From Alphaproteobacteria bacterium (GTDB lineage Bacteria; Pseudomonadota; Alphaproteobacteria; SP197), in assembly GCA_964291415.2 (NCBI GenBank), contig OZ219917.1, forward strand, positions 384,001 through 448,000: 64,000 nt of DNA, read 5' to 3'. Below are positions 1 through 10,488 of this stretch, piece after piece. The position numbers were made by a program, and so were the translations under genes. Below the pieces are notes generated by a model, which was not told the origin of the DNA, did no database searches, and saw nothing but the letters and a program-made list of their open reading frames with translations. Positions within the stretch are counted from its first letter, which is position 1. Each line of letters opens with the position of its first letter.

Positions 1-93
1 GGCGGTATGGGCTCCGAAAACGATGCGGTTCTTCAGCTCGTGCCCGCGCAGCGTCACCGGGCGGAAGACATGGGGAAACGGTGTCTGTGTCAT
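1..93 (-). CDS. NADH:flavin oxidoreductase (Old Yellow Enzyme family), N-terminal fragment running off the window
   Basis: Manual translation from ATG at 93: MTQTPFPHVFRPVTLRGHELKNRIVFGAHTA. The FxPxxLxxxxLKNRIV pattern is the typical OYE-family N-terminus. Not in the ORF track because it is truncated. Confidence 0.7.
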   Translation of the reverse strand, partial: MTQTPFPHVFRPVTLRGHELKNRIVFGAHTA

Positions 94-121
94 GAAAAAT
101 CCCTGATTACAAGGTGTTGTG

Positions 122-2161
<2,040 letters not shown>

Positions 2162-2228
2162 GTTGCGTTCACCGGTTCGGGAACCCTACCCTGACGGCTG
2201 CATTCCACATTCTCAACCGGTATTCGCC

Positions 2229-2468
2229 ATGAAAGTGACAATCAAGATCGACTGTAAGCCAGAGGAAGCCCGTGCATTTCTGGGCATGCCGGACATCCGT
2301 CCCCTGCAGGACGAGTTCATGGCCGGACTGAAGGAGCGCATGAACGAAGCACTGTCCCGGTTCGATCCCGAAGCCATGCTGAAGGAATGGACCGGGGCGT
2401 CCGGTGACGGCATGAACCAGATGATGGACATGTGGCGCCACATGCTGAACCCGGCGAAGCGCGACTGA
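2229..2468 (+). CDS. Small conserved alphaproteobacterial protein (DUF6489-like)
   Basis: MKVTIKIDCKPEEARAFLGMPDIRPLQ N-terminus; ATG at 2229 chosen over the longer ORF-track start. Confidence 0.7.
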   Translation: MKVTIKIDCKPEEARAFLGMPDIRPLQDEFMAGLKERMNEALSRFDPEAMLKEWTGASGDGMNQMMDMWRHMLNPAKRD

Positions 2469-2475
2469 CACCCGG

Positions 2476-2491
2476 TGTTTCACGTGAAACA
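2476..2491. promoter_or_regulatory. parS centromere site (ParB binding)
   Basis: Perfect palindrome TGTTTCACGTGAAACA matching the bacterial parS consensus; parAB lies about 5 kb downstream. Confidence 0.93.
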
Positions 2492-3799
2492 GTGACCATC
2501 TTCGCGTTGGCCACGGCCCCTGGCCGGGCCGCCATCGCCGTGATCCGGGTGTCGGGCCCGGCTGCCGGAGAGGCCGTGAGGCACCTCACCGGCAGGGATT
2601 TGCCTGCCGCCCGGCAGGCCGTCCTGCGCCGCCTTCAGGACAGTCGACCGGGAGAGGCGATCGATCAGTCCCTGGTTCTGTGGTTTCCGGCGCCCGAGAC
2701 GGTCACAGGCGAGGATGTGGCGGAATTCCACGTCCATGGCGGACGCGCGGTGGTGTACGGCGTTCTCGATGCCCTTGCATCCGTGCCCGGCCTGCGGCCC
2801 GCCGAACCGGGAGAATTTACCAGGCGGGCCGTGCTGAACGGCAAGATGGACCTCGTGGAGGCGGAGGCGGTAGCGGATCTCGTCGCCGCGGACACGTCAC
2901 GCCAGCGCCATCAGGCTCTCGATCAGCTCCAGGGGTTGCATTCGGCTCTTTATGACGGGTGGCATCAGCGCCTCGTCGACGCCATGGCGCGCCTCGAGGC
3001 CGTGATCGACTTTCCCGACGAGGAATTGCCGGCGGGACTCCTCGATGACAACCGGGCGGCGGTGACCGCCCTCGAAGGGGAAGTTCGTGCCCACCTCGAT
3101 GACGGACGCCGCGGCGAACGGCTGCGCGAAGGTCTCAGTGTCGTCATTCTCGGGGCACCCAATGTCGGCAAGTCGAGTCTTCTCAACGCTCTCGCCGGAC
3201 ATGACGCGGCCATTGTCTCTGCGGAGGAGGGGACGACACGGGACACGGTCGAGGTGACCATGGACATTGCCGGCTTTGCCGTATCCCTCGTCGACACCGC
3301 AGGGTTGCGAGAGGTTCCGCAAGGCGTCGAGGGAGAAGGGATCCGGCGGGCGCTGAAGAGAGCGGAGACGGCCGACCTGACGCTGCTCGTTGCCGATGCC
3401 AGCCGTTGGGACGAGACCTGGCCCCGCATCGAGTCCCACAGCGACGGGAATGCGCTTGTCGTGGCCGGAAAGGCCGACCTCGCCCGTCCTCCCCCGGGTA
3501 TTCCGGGCCTGTCGGCGAAGACCGGAGAGGGGATCGATCATCTCATCGAGACCATGGCGCAACACTTCCGGCTCGCCTGGCAGGGCGCGGCGCTGGCGCC
3601 GTCGCGGACCCGGCACAGGGCTGCTCTTCTCCAGGTCGCAGACGCCCTGGCGCGCTATCGGAACCTGGATGCAGGCGACGTCACGCTGGCAGCCGAGGAC
3701 CTGCGTCTGGCGGCAACGGCACTGGGACGGCTCACCGGCAGGGTGGACGTGGAGGACCTTCTCGACGTGATCTTCTCGGAGTTCTGCATCGGCAAATGA
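2492..3799 (+). CDS. mnmE: tRNA modification GTPase MnmE
   Basis: TIFALAT N-terminus (GTG at 2492), GAPNVGKSS P-loop, GTTRD, DTAG, C-terminal FCIGK. Confidence 0.96.
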   Translation: MTIFALATAPGRAAIAVIRVSGPAAGEAVRHLTGRDLPAARQAVLRRLQDSRPGEAIDQSLVLWFPAPETVTGEDVAEFHVHGGRAVVYGVLDALASVPGLRPAEPGEFTRRAVLNGKMDLVEAEAVADLVAADTSRQRHQALDQLQGLHSALYDGWHQRLVDAMARLEAVIDFPDEELPAGLLDDNRAAVTALEGEVRAHLDDGRRGERLREGLSVVILGAPNVGKSSLLNALAGHDAAIVSAEEGTTRDTVEVTMDIAGFAVSLVDTAGLREVPQGVEGEGIRRALKRAETADLTLLVADASRWDETWPRIESHSDGNALVVAGKADLARPPPGIPGLSAKTGEGIDHLIETMAQHFRLAWQGAALAPSRTRHRAALLQVADALARYRNLDAGDVTLAAEDLRLAATALGRLTGRVDVEDLLDVIFSEFCIGK

Positions 3800-3900
3800 G
3801 TGTTTGGGACTTATATGCTTGACTATGCAGTCAAGCATCGTTTTGACGGTCCATGGCCTTCGGCCACTTTGCCCCGTCCAGACACCCCAATCCCGGAGGC
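3786..3900 (-). ncRNA. Putative TnpB omegaRNA (reRNA) scaffold plus flank-derived guide; boundaries approximate
   Basis: Overlaps the tnpB 3' end. Nested stems GACGG/CCGTC (3845-3878) enclose TGGCC-ttc-GGCCA, followed by a perfect 10-bp hairpin ATGCTTGACT-atgc-AGTCAAGCAT (3815-3838). Position matches known TnpB omegaRNAs. Confidence 0.55.
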
Positions 3901-5086
3901 CAGAATGTTGCGGGCCGCGTTCAGGTCCGCGTTGTCCATGTAGCCGCAAGTTACACAGAGATAGTTCGATTGGGACAATCTGGACCTGCTGTCCACAGTT
4001 CCACACGATGAACACCGTTGGGACGTGTACCGGGAAGGCACCTTGACGACGCTGGTCTTGTACTCAAGGCATTGTCGCAGGATGCCCCAGCCCGTATCCA
4101 GAATCTTCCTGTTGAGACCGCTCTTCTGCCTGACGTTCCTGCCGGGCTTCTCGACGGTCCCCCCGGCCGACTTCGTCATGTTGTCGATCTTCAGATCCTC
4201 GACACAGACGGTGGAATAGTTGTCGGCAATCCTGCGGCTGATCCTGTGGGACCAGTTTTTGCGGACATTGGCTCTCTTGCGTTCGAGCCTCCGGATCCTC
4301 TGCCGGGTCTTCAGTCTGCGCTTCGCTCCCTTGCGCTGTCCGCTTTCCTTGTTCCTGAGACGGTTGATCCTTCTGTCGATGTCTGCGGTGTCGGACTTGT
4401 GGAGGATGTCTTCGTTGCCTTCCAGATCGACACATGCCACTTGACCGACGTTCATGTCGATGCCGATGGCCGTCCCGTCGTCTTGGCGTTCCGGGACATC
4501 GACCTTGTACGTGACGGTGGCATACCACTTGCCGCAGATTTCCTTGAGAACGGCCTTGCACGGAGCATCTCCAGAATACGGGTTTCCGCCCTTTCTGCGA
4601 AGAACCACAGCGCCGATCCTCGGAACGTGAAGCCTGTTCCCCCTGATCCCGATGTTCTCCGGAATCGTGAAGGAAGGCATCGAACCGTATTTCGACTTGA
4701 AATCCGGCCTCTCGCCATGTCCCCTGAAATAGGCGGCCCATGCGTCCGACTGATACTTGAGAACGTACCGGGTCACATTGAACGCATACTGAGAGAGCCA
4801 GTCGACGTCAGCCCGAAGTTTGGTGAATTCCTTTCCAAGAGAGAAGAAAGACGTCGACGGACTGTCGCCACCGTTCTCGACTGCATTCCTGTAGGCAGCA
4901 TTGTGCCTCGCCAGAATCTCGTTCCACACGAAACGGCAGGCACCCGCCTGGGCGGCGAGCCTTCTTGCAGTCGTCCTGTTGCCGGGGAGGACCCGGTAGA
5001 CGATGTTTCGGTGTGCCAAAACCATGTGGTGCATCTACTCCAAAGCGCTCCCGATGTCGATCTGCGTGGTCAAGTACATGGGTCCC
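3806..5086 (-). mobile_element. Non-autonomous TnpB-only insertion element with imperfect terminal inverted repeats and an 8-bp target-site duplication
   Basis: Left end GGGACTTATATGCTTGACTATGCAG (3806-3830) matches the reverse complement of the right end, GGGACCCATGTACTTGACCACGCAG (5062-5086), at 19/25 positions. Flanks are GAGTGTTT (3798-3805) and AAGTGTTT (5087-5094). No transposase inside. It interrupts the usually adjacent mnmE and mnmG. Confidence 0.75.
3823..5034 (-). CDS. tnpB: RNA-guided endonuclease TnpB
   Basis: 403 aa; GACRFVWN helical N-terminus, RuvC-I GIDMN, RuvC-II VEDL, zinc finger CSSC..CVTC, Ruv[15 protein letters not shown]. All three catalytic acidic residues are present. 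The start may be 5025. Confidence 0.93.
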   Translation of the reverse strand: MHHMVLAHRNIVYRVLPGNRTTARRLAAQAGACRFVWNEILARHNAAYRNAVENGGDSPSTSFFSLGKEFTKLRADVDWLSQYAFNVTRYVLKYQSDAWAAYFRGHGERPDFKSKYGSMPSFTIPENIGIRGNRLHVPRIGAVVLRRKGGNPYSGDAPCKAVLKEICGKWYATVTYKVDVPERQDDGTAIGIDMNVGQVACVDLEGNEDILHKSDTADIDRRINRLRNKESGQRKGAKRRLKTRQRIRRLERKRANVRKNWSHRISRRIADNYSTVCVEDLKIDNMTKSAGGTVEKPGRNVRQKSGLNRKILDTGWGILRQCLEYKTSVVKVPSRYTSQRCSSCGTVDSRSRLSQSNYLCVTCGYMDNADLNAARNILASGIGVSGRGKVAEGHGPSKRCLTA

Positions 5087-5089
5087 AAG

Positions 5090-5105
5090 TGTTTCACGTG
5101 AAACA
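5090..5105. promoter_or_regulatory. parS centromere site (ParB binding)
   Basis: Second perfect TGTTTCACGTGAAACA palindrome, upstream of mnmG. Confidence 0.93.
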
Positions 5106-5110
5106 GCGCT

Positions 5111-5139
5111 TTGACGCACCGAAGCGCCATCACTACATT
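5111..5139 (+). promoter_or_regulatory. Sigma70-type promoter for mnmG-rsmG-parA-parB, probably giving a leaderless mRNA
   Basis: TTGACG (5111-5116), 17-nt spacer, TACATT (5134-5139); the mnmG ATG follows after a 6-nt gap. Confidence 0.6.
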
Positions 5140-5145
5140 CCAGGC

Positions 5146-7008
5146 ATGACGCAGACCTTCGTTCACGATGTCATTGTCATTGGCGGCGGGCATGCCGGTA
5201 CCGAGGCGGCCGCGGCCGCGGCGCGATGTGGCGCTGCGACGCTTCTCGTGACCCTGCGCCGTTCGACCATTGGCGCGATGTCGTGCAATCCCGCCATCGG
5301 TGGTCTCGGCAAGGGGCACCTGGTGCGCGAGATCGATGCCCTGGACGGTGTCATGGGCCTGGCCATCGATCGCTCGGGCATCCAGTTCCGTCTGCTCAAC
5401 GCCAGCAAGGGGCCGGCCGTTCGCGGCCCCAGGGCGCAGGCGGACCGGTCTCTCTATGCGCAGGCGGTCAGGGAACTCCTTGAAAACCAACAGGAACTTG
5501 ACATCCTCGAAGGCGAAGCCTCCGACTTGGTTGTGAACCATGCCGGAGAGATTGCCGGTATCAGGCTTGCCGACGGAAGGCTCTGTCGCGCTCGCGCGGT
5601 GATCCTCACCACCGGAACCTTCCTGCGCGGGATGATTCACATCGGCGACGAGCGCTGGCCGGCGGGGCGGATCGATGATGACGCCGCCGTGGCCCTCGCC
5701 GCGACGCTCGAAAGGCACCGCTTTTCCCTTGGAAGGCTGAAGACGGGCACGCCGCCGCGAATCGATGGGCGGACCATCGACCATGCCGCCCTGGAGGTTC
5801 AGCCCGGAGATGATCCGCCGCAGCCGTTCTCGTGGCTGACCGGCGCCATCACCGTGCCGCAGGTGCCCTGTCATGTGACGGCCACCACCAAGGCCACGCA
5901 CGACGTCATTCGCGCCAACCTGGACCGGGCGCCTGTCTATTCCGGCCGCATCGACGGCGCCGGCCCCCGGTATTGCCCGTCCATCGAGGACAAGGTGGTG
6001 CGGTTTGGCGACCGGGAGAGCCACCGGGTCTTTCTGGAGCCCGAGGGGCTCCGGACCGCGACGGTCTACCCGAACGGCATCTCCACGTCGTTGCCGCGCG
6101 ATGTTCAGGAGGCCTTTATCGCCACGATTCCAGGACTTGCCAGGGCGCGCATCCTGCGTCACGGCTATGCCATCGAGTATGACTACGTCGATCCGCGTCA
6201 GCTCGATCACACGCTGCAGACAAGACGGATTCCAGGCTTGTTCCTGGCCGGCCAGATCAACGGCACCACGGGATACGAGGAGGCGGCGGGTCAGGGGCTG
6301 GTCGCCGGAATCAACGCGGCGCGCTGTGCGGGAGGCCTTCCAGGCGTGCGGTTTGACCGGGCAGAAGCCTACCTGGGCGTCATGATCGACGATCTCGTCA
6401 CAAGGGGGACCGCCGAACCCTACCGCATGTTCACGAGCCGGGCGGAGTATCGTCTCGTTCTGAGGGCCGACAATGCCGATTTGCGTCTTACCGCAAGGGG
6501 CCGCGAGGCCGGGTGTGTCGGAGAGACCCGATGGCGCGTCTTCTTGCGACGCCGACAGGAGGTCGGGGCGGCCATGACGCGGGCTTGCGCGCTGCAGGTC
6601 AGTCCAGACGAAGCGCGCGCCGCAGGGTTCGATGTCAATCGGGATGGCCGTCGGCGAAACCTGTTCGACCTCGCGGCTTCGGCGTCCGGGGACGATCGAC
6701 GACTGCTGGCCCTGTGGCCGGAGATTGCGACGTGGCCCGAGCACGCCATGGACCAGGTGAGAATTGCCGGTCGCTACCGGGGTTACCTGGGTCGCATGGA
6801 GGCGGACATTGCCGCCTTCCGCCGAGACGAGGCCCTCGATCTTCCTCCCGGTCTCGACTACGCCCGCATTGGCGGACTGTCTGCCGAGATGCGCGAGACG
6901 ATGTCAGCCGCCCGCCCGGCCACGCTTGGACAGGCAGCACGGCTTCCCGGGGTGACGCCTGCCGCCCTGCAGGCCCTGCTCCGCCACGTCAGGCGGGATG
7001 CGGCGTGA
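5146..7008 (+). CDS. mnmG: tRNA uridine-5-carboxymethylaminomethyl modification enzyme MnmG (GidA)
   Basis: [49 protein letters not shown]. True start is ATG 5146, not the ORF-track start at 4018. Confidence 0.97.
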   Translation: MTQTFVHDVIVIGGGHAGTEAAAAAARCGAATLLVTLRRSTIGAMSCNPAIGGLGKGHLVREIDALDGVMGLAIDRSGIQFRLLNASKGPAVRGPRAQADRSLYAQAVRELLENQQELDILEGEASDLVVNHAGEIAGIRLADGRLCRARAVILTTGTFLRGMIHIGDERWPAGRIDDDAAVALAATLERHRFSLGRLKTGTPPRIDGRTIDHAALEVQPGDDPPQPFSWLTGAITVPQVPCHVTATTKATHDVIRANLDRAPVYSGRIDGAGPRYCPSIEDKVVRFGDRESHRVFLEPEGLRTATVYPNGISTSLPRDVQEAFIATIPGLARARILRHGYAIEYDYVDPRQLDHTLQTRRIPGLFLAGQINGTTGYEEAAGQGLVAGINAARCAGGLPGVRFDRAEAYLGVMIDDLVTRGTAEPYRMFTSRAEYRLVLRADNADLRLTARGREAGCVGETRWRVFLRRRQEVGAAMTRACALQVSPDEARAAGFDVNRDGRRRNLFDLAASASGDDRRLLALWPEIATWPEHAMDQVRIAGRYRGYLGRMEADIAAFRRDEALDLPPGLDYARIGGLSAEMRETMSAARPATLGQAARLPGVTPAALQALLRHVRRDAA

Positions 7009-7619
7009 CCCCGGGCGAGGTGTGCCGGCTGCTTGGCGCGTCGCCGGAAACATCCGAGCGCCTTGCCGCCTACGTTGCCGTTCTCGGCGAATGGCAACCG
7101 CGCCTCAAGCTCATCGGCCCCGGCACCGTTGACGAGATATGGTCGCGGCACGTTCTCGATTGCGGGCAGATTGCCCGTTACGTTCCGCCGACGTGCCGAC
7201 GGCTTGTCGATCTCGGGTCCGGCGCTGGCCTCCCCGGCCTGATTCTCGCCATCATGGGGGTTGCCGGAGTCGAGATGGTGGAGCGGGATGAGAGCAAGGC
7301 GGCTTTTCTTCATGCCGCAGCCAACGTCTGTGATGTCGATGTCGGCATTCACCGCATGCGCATCGAGGATTTCCCTCGCGGACCGGCCGATGTCGTGACG
7401 GCCCGTGCCCTGGCTCCCCTCGATGTTCTCCTGCCCGTCACGGCTCCCTTTCTGGGTGAGGGCTCCGTTGCCGTTTTCCCCAAGGGAAGGTCCGTGGACG
7501 AGGAACTGAAATCCGCCGCCCGTCACTGGCACATGTGGTTCTCGCGCCACCGCAGTCTTTCGGATGAGCAATCCAGCATTCTGGTCATCAACAGGATACA
7601 CCATGACTCTCGACCGTGA
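7005..7619 (+). CDS. rsmG: 16S rRNA m7G527 methyltransferase RsmG (GidB)
   Basis: GTGA overlap with the mnmG stop; [26 protein letters not shown]. Confidence 0.93.
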   Translation: MTPGEVCRLLGASPETSERLAAYVAVLGEWQPRLKLIGPGTVDEIWSRHVLDCGQIARYVPPTCRRLVDLGSGAGLPGLILAIMGVAGVEMVERDESKAAFLHAAANVCDVDVGIHRMRIEDFPRGPADVVTARALAPLDVLLPVTAPFLGEGSVAVFPKGRSVDEELKSAARHWHMWFSRHRSLSDEQSSILVINRIHHDSRP

Positions 7620-8406
7620 CCGCGTGGCGCGGCCCCTGGTAGTGGCCGTGGCCAACCAGAAGGGCGGGGTGGGCAAGACGACCACCGTCATCAACCTTGC
7701 AACCGCCTTTGCCGCCACCGGACACAAGGTTCTCGTCGTCGATGCGGATGCCCAGGGAAATGCCAGCACGGGTCTGGGTTTCGAGCTGTCGGCCAGAACC
7801 GCGACAACGTACGACCTGCTGAACGGGGAGAGCGTGACACCGGCGCCCACCATGATCCCGGGGCTGACCCTCATTCCGGCGACCGCCGATCTTTCCGGCG
7901 CGGATGTCGAGCTGGTTGACGTTCCCGAACGCCAGAGCGTTCTCGCAACGGCGCTTTCCGAGGTGTCGGCCGGACATGAGTTCGTGCTTGTCGATTGTCC
8001 GCCGTCGCTCAGCCTGTTGACGCTCAACGCCCTGGTGGCTGCCGATGAGGTCCTGGTGCCCATGCAGTGCGAGTTCTTTGCCCTGGAAGGTCTGTCGCTC
8101 CTGCTCGACACCATCGAGAGGATTGCCGGCACCCACAATCCGGGACTTCATATCGGCGGGATCGTGCTCACGATGTTCGATCGCCGGAACCGCCTGTCCC
8201 GCGAGGTGGAACGGGATGTACGCCGCGTCATGGGCGATCTCGTCTATCGTACGCTCATTCCGCGCAATGTCAGGGTGAGTGAGGCGCCGTCTCACGGTAA
8301 GCCGGTGATTCTATATGATACTGACTGCGCGGGAACGCGGGCCTACGTGCGCCTGGCAGGTGAATTCCTGCGCCGTCACGCCACGCAATCGAAGAGCGCC
8401 GCATGA
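7603..8406 (+). CDS. parA: Chromosome partitioning ATPase ParA
   Basis: NQKGGVGKTTT deviant Walker A, DCPPSL, IPRNVRVSEAPSHG. Confidence 0.96.
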   Translation: MTLDRDRVARPLVVAVANQKGGVGKTTTVINLATAFAATGHKVLVVDADAQGNASTGLGFELSARTATTYDLLNGESVTPAPTMIPGLTLIPATADLSGADVELVDVPERQSVLATALSEVSAGHEFVLVDCPPSLSLLTLNALVAADEVLVPMQCEFFALEGLSLLLDTIERIAGTHNPGLHIGGIVLTMFDRRNRLSREVERDVRRVMGDLVYRTLIPRNVRVSEAPSHGKPVILYDTDCAGTRAYVRLAGEFLRRHATQSKSAA

Positions 8407-9281
8407 CGAGGCCGAGAAGTCTTGGGCGCGGCCTCGACGCGCTCATCGGAACGCCGGCGAAGGCATCCGCCTCCGGCATGCGCACTGTCTCCATCTTGGA
8501 GCTGAAGCCCGGTCGCTTTCAGCCCCGCACCCGGTTCAACGATCAGGACATCGAAGGCCTCGCCCGGTCCCTGGCGGACAGCGGCATGATGCAGCCCATC
8601 ATCGTCAGGCCCGCTGCCGACGGCATGATGGAGATCGTAGCCGGTGAGAGGCGCTGGCGGGCAGCGCAGCGGGCGCGGCTCCACGATGTGCCGGTTATCG
8701 TCAAGGACATGAGTGACCGCGAGGCTCTGGAGCACGGACTGGTCGAGAACCTGCAACGCGAGGATCTCGGACCGGTCGAGGAGGCGGCCGGCTACCGCCG
8801 TCTCAACGAGGAGTTCGCCCTGACCCAGGAAGACATCGCGGCCCTGGTCGGCAAGAGCAGGGTCCATGTCGCCAACACGCTGCGCCTCCTCCAGCTTCCC
8901 GAGCCCGTGCGCAAGCTGATCAACGAGGGAGAACTCAGCGCAGGCCATGGTCGAGCCTTGCTGGGGGCCCTTCAGCCGGAGGCACTTGCCGCACGCATCC
9001 TGAAGGAAGGACTGTCGGTGCGCGAAACCGAGGCGCTTGTGCGCAATCACCGTCATCGACGGGGTGGTTCAGGACGAACGAAGTCCTTCGATCCCGACAT
9101 CCGGGCACTCGAAAGGCGGCTTGGCGAGGCAACCGGCCTGAAGGTTGCGATCAGTCCGAAGGGTGAAGCAGGGAGGCTGACACTGACCTACCGGACACTT
9201 CAGCAGCTCGACGACATCATTGCCCGTCTCGAACGAGGCGTCATACTGGCAGACAACCGAAAAACAGAGGAGGCATCATGA
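8403..9281 (+). CDS. parB: Chromosome partitioning protein ParB
   Basis: LGRGLDALI, QPR, AGERRWRAA, ENLQREDL, HTH GKSRVHVANTLRLL. Confidence 0.96.
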   Translation: MTRPRSLGRGLDALIGTPAKASASGMRTVSILELKPGRFQPRTRFNDQDIEGLARSLADSGMMQPIIVRPAADGMMEIVAGERRWRAAQRARLHDVPVIVKDMSDREALEHGLVENLQREDLGPVEEAAGYRRLNEEFALTQEDIAALVGKSRVHVANTLRLLQLPEPVRKLINEGELSAGHGRALLGALQPEALAARILKEGLSVRETEALVRNHRHRRGGSGRTKSFDPDIRALERRLGEATGLKVAISPKGEAGRLTLTYRTLQQLDDIIARLERGVILADNRKTEEAS

Positions 9282-10438
9282 CGCTCAGGAACATTTCACG
9301 TCTCGTGGGGTCGATCCTGCTGGCGGTCCTTGTCGCCGGCATTCAAGGCGTCGCGCCGCAACCGGCCCGGGCGGCCGAACAGGTGGATATCGCGATCATT
9401 TCGTTCTCGCCCTATGCACCGTGGTACATCGTCCAGGAACGGGGTCTTGCGCGCGATATCGATCTCAACATACGGATTATCGAGGACATCACCGCAAAGA
9501 ATGCGGCGCTGACGACCGGAACGGTCCAGTGCATGCTCAATACCCTTGATTCGGTTGTCGTGGCCCGCGCTTCGGGCGTTCCCGTCAAGGTCATCGCCAT
9601 ACCGGCGATGTCGTACGGGCTCGACGAGATGATTGTCGATGAGTCCATCGAGTCCGTCGACGACTTTCCGGGGAAGAGCTACGGCGCCGACTTCGCCTTC
9701 CTCAATCACATGTGGATGCTGCTGACGCTGAAGAAGGCGGGCATTGCGTTCGATGCCCTCGATCACAAGATCATGCTTCCCCAGGACAGCGCAGCCGCGT
9801 TCACGAGCGGTCAGCTCGACATCGATGTCAACTACAAGCCATTTTCGTCCCAGTCGGCCGATCGCGCCGGTTCCCGTGTTCTCAAGACCAGCCTGACGGA
9901 CCGGACCTGGGAACGCGGTCTCATCTCCGAGTCCATTGCCTGCAATGAGAACTGGCTGGCGGACAAGCCCGATGTCGCCACGGAACTCCTGCGGGCGTGG
10001 TTTGAAGCTGTGGACTGGTGGAAGGCCAATCCCGAAGAAGGGAACGATATGGTGGCCCAGGGCCTCGACTGGCCTGTCGCGGATGTACGCGAAACGCAGT
10101 ACGGCGCGATCATGCTGAATCTTGACCAGAATCTCGGCGCGTTCGGTGTAGGTGACGGCAAGCCTGTCTGCCAGAGTCTGCCGGAAGGAGCGCCGGAGCC
10201 GCCCGCGGAGCCAAGCGGCTGGGGCGACATGCTGTTCGGCGGCGAGCCCGACTGTGCGGCCGGCTACCTCGCGGCCACCTGGGATCTCTTTGGCGAGGTC
10301 TACATGGAGGCCGGCGTCATCGACTCGTTCGCCTCTTCCGAGGACGGCGTCGACCTGTCGATCCTTGAGGCGCTCGACAGCGCAGGCGCCTCGCAGACCT
10401 GGTCTTCAAATGCATGGATCGGAAGAGTGGGTCTGTAG
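9278..10438 (+). CDS. ABC transporter substrate-binding protein (SsuA/NMT1-like)
   Basis: Signal peptide ending ARA-A; SsuA/NMT1-type motifs (YAPWYIVQERGL, SYGLD, AFTSGQLD). GAGGAGG ribosome-binding site; ATGA overlap with parB. Confidence 0.75.
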   Translation: MTLRNISRLVGSILLAVLVAGIQGVAPQPARAAEQVDIAIISFSPYAPWYIVQERGLARDIDLNIRIIEDITAKNAALTTGTVQCMLNTLDSVVVARASGVPVKVIAIPAMSYGLDEMIVDESIESVDDFPGKSYGADFAFLNHMWMLLTLKKAGIAFDALDHKIMLPQDSAAAFTSGQLDIDVNYKPFSSQSADRAGSRVLKTSLTDRTWERGLISESIACNENWLADKPDVATELLRAWFEAVDWWKANPEEGNDMVAQGLDWPVADVRETQYGAIMLNLDQNLGAFGVGDGKPVCQSLPEGAPEPPAEPSGWGDMLFGGEPDCAAGYLAATWDLFGEVYMEAGVIDSFASSEDGVDLSILEALDSAGASQTWSSNAWIGRVGL

Positions 10439-10449
10439 CATGGCCTCAA

Positions 10450-10487
10450 CGTCATCCCTTGCGGGAACGATCCTGCAAGGGATGACG
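10450..10487. terminator. Long hairpin between convergent genes (bidirectional terminator or REP-like palindrome)
   Basis: CGTCATCCCTTGCGGGA-acga-TCCTGCAAGGGATGACG: 17-bp stem with one G-U pair. Confidence 0.65.
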
Positions 10488-10488
10488 G

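Noticed and set aside
3780-5110. CRISPR array associated with the TnpB (Cas12f-like system)
   Set aside because: No repeat-spacer array next to tnpB or noticed elsewhere in the window, and no cas genes.
4018-5145. 376-codon N-terminal extension of MnmG in the ORF track (996 aa)
   Set aside because: It is the antisense shadow of tnpB. MnmG homology and a promoter both point to ATG 5146.
2162-5145. Possible oriC near mnmE/mnmG/parAB
   Set aside because: No DnaA-box cluster or AT-rich unwinding element is visible; only parS sites are supported.
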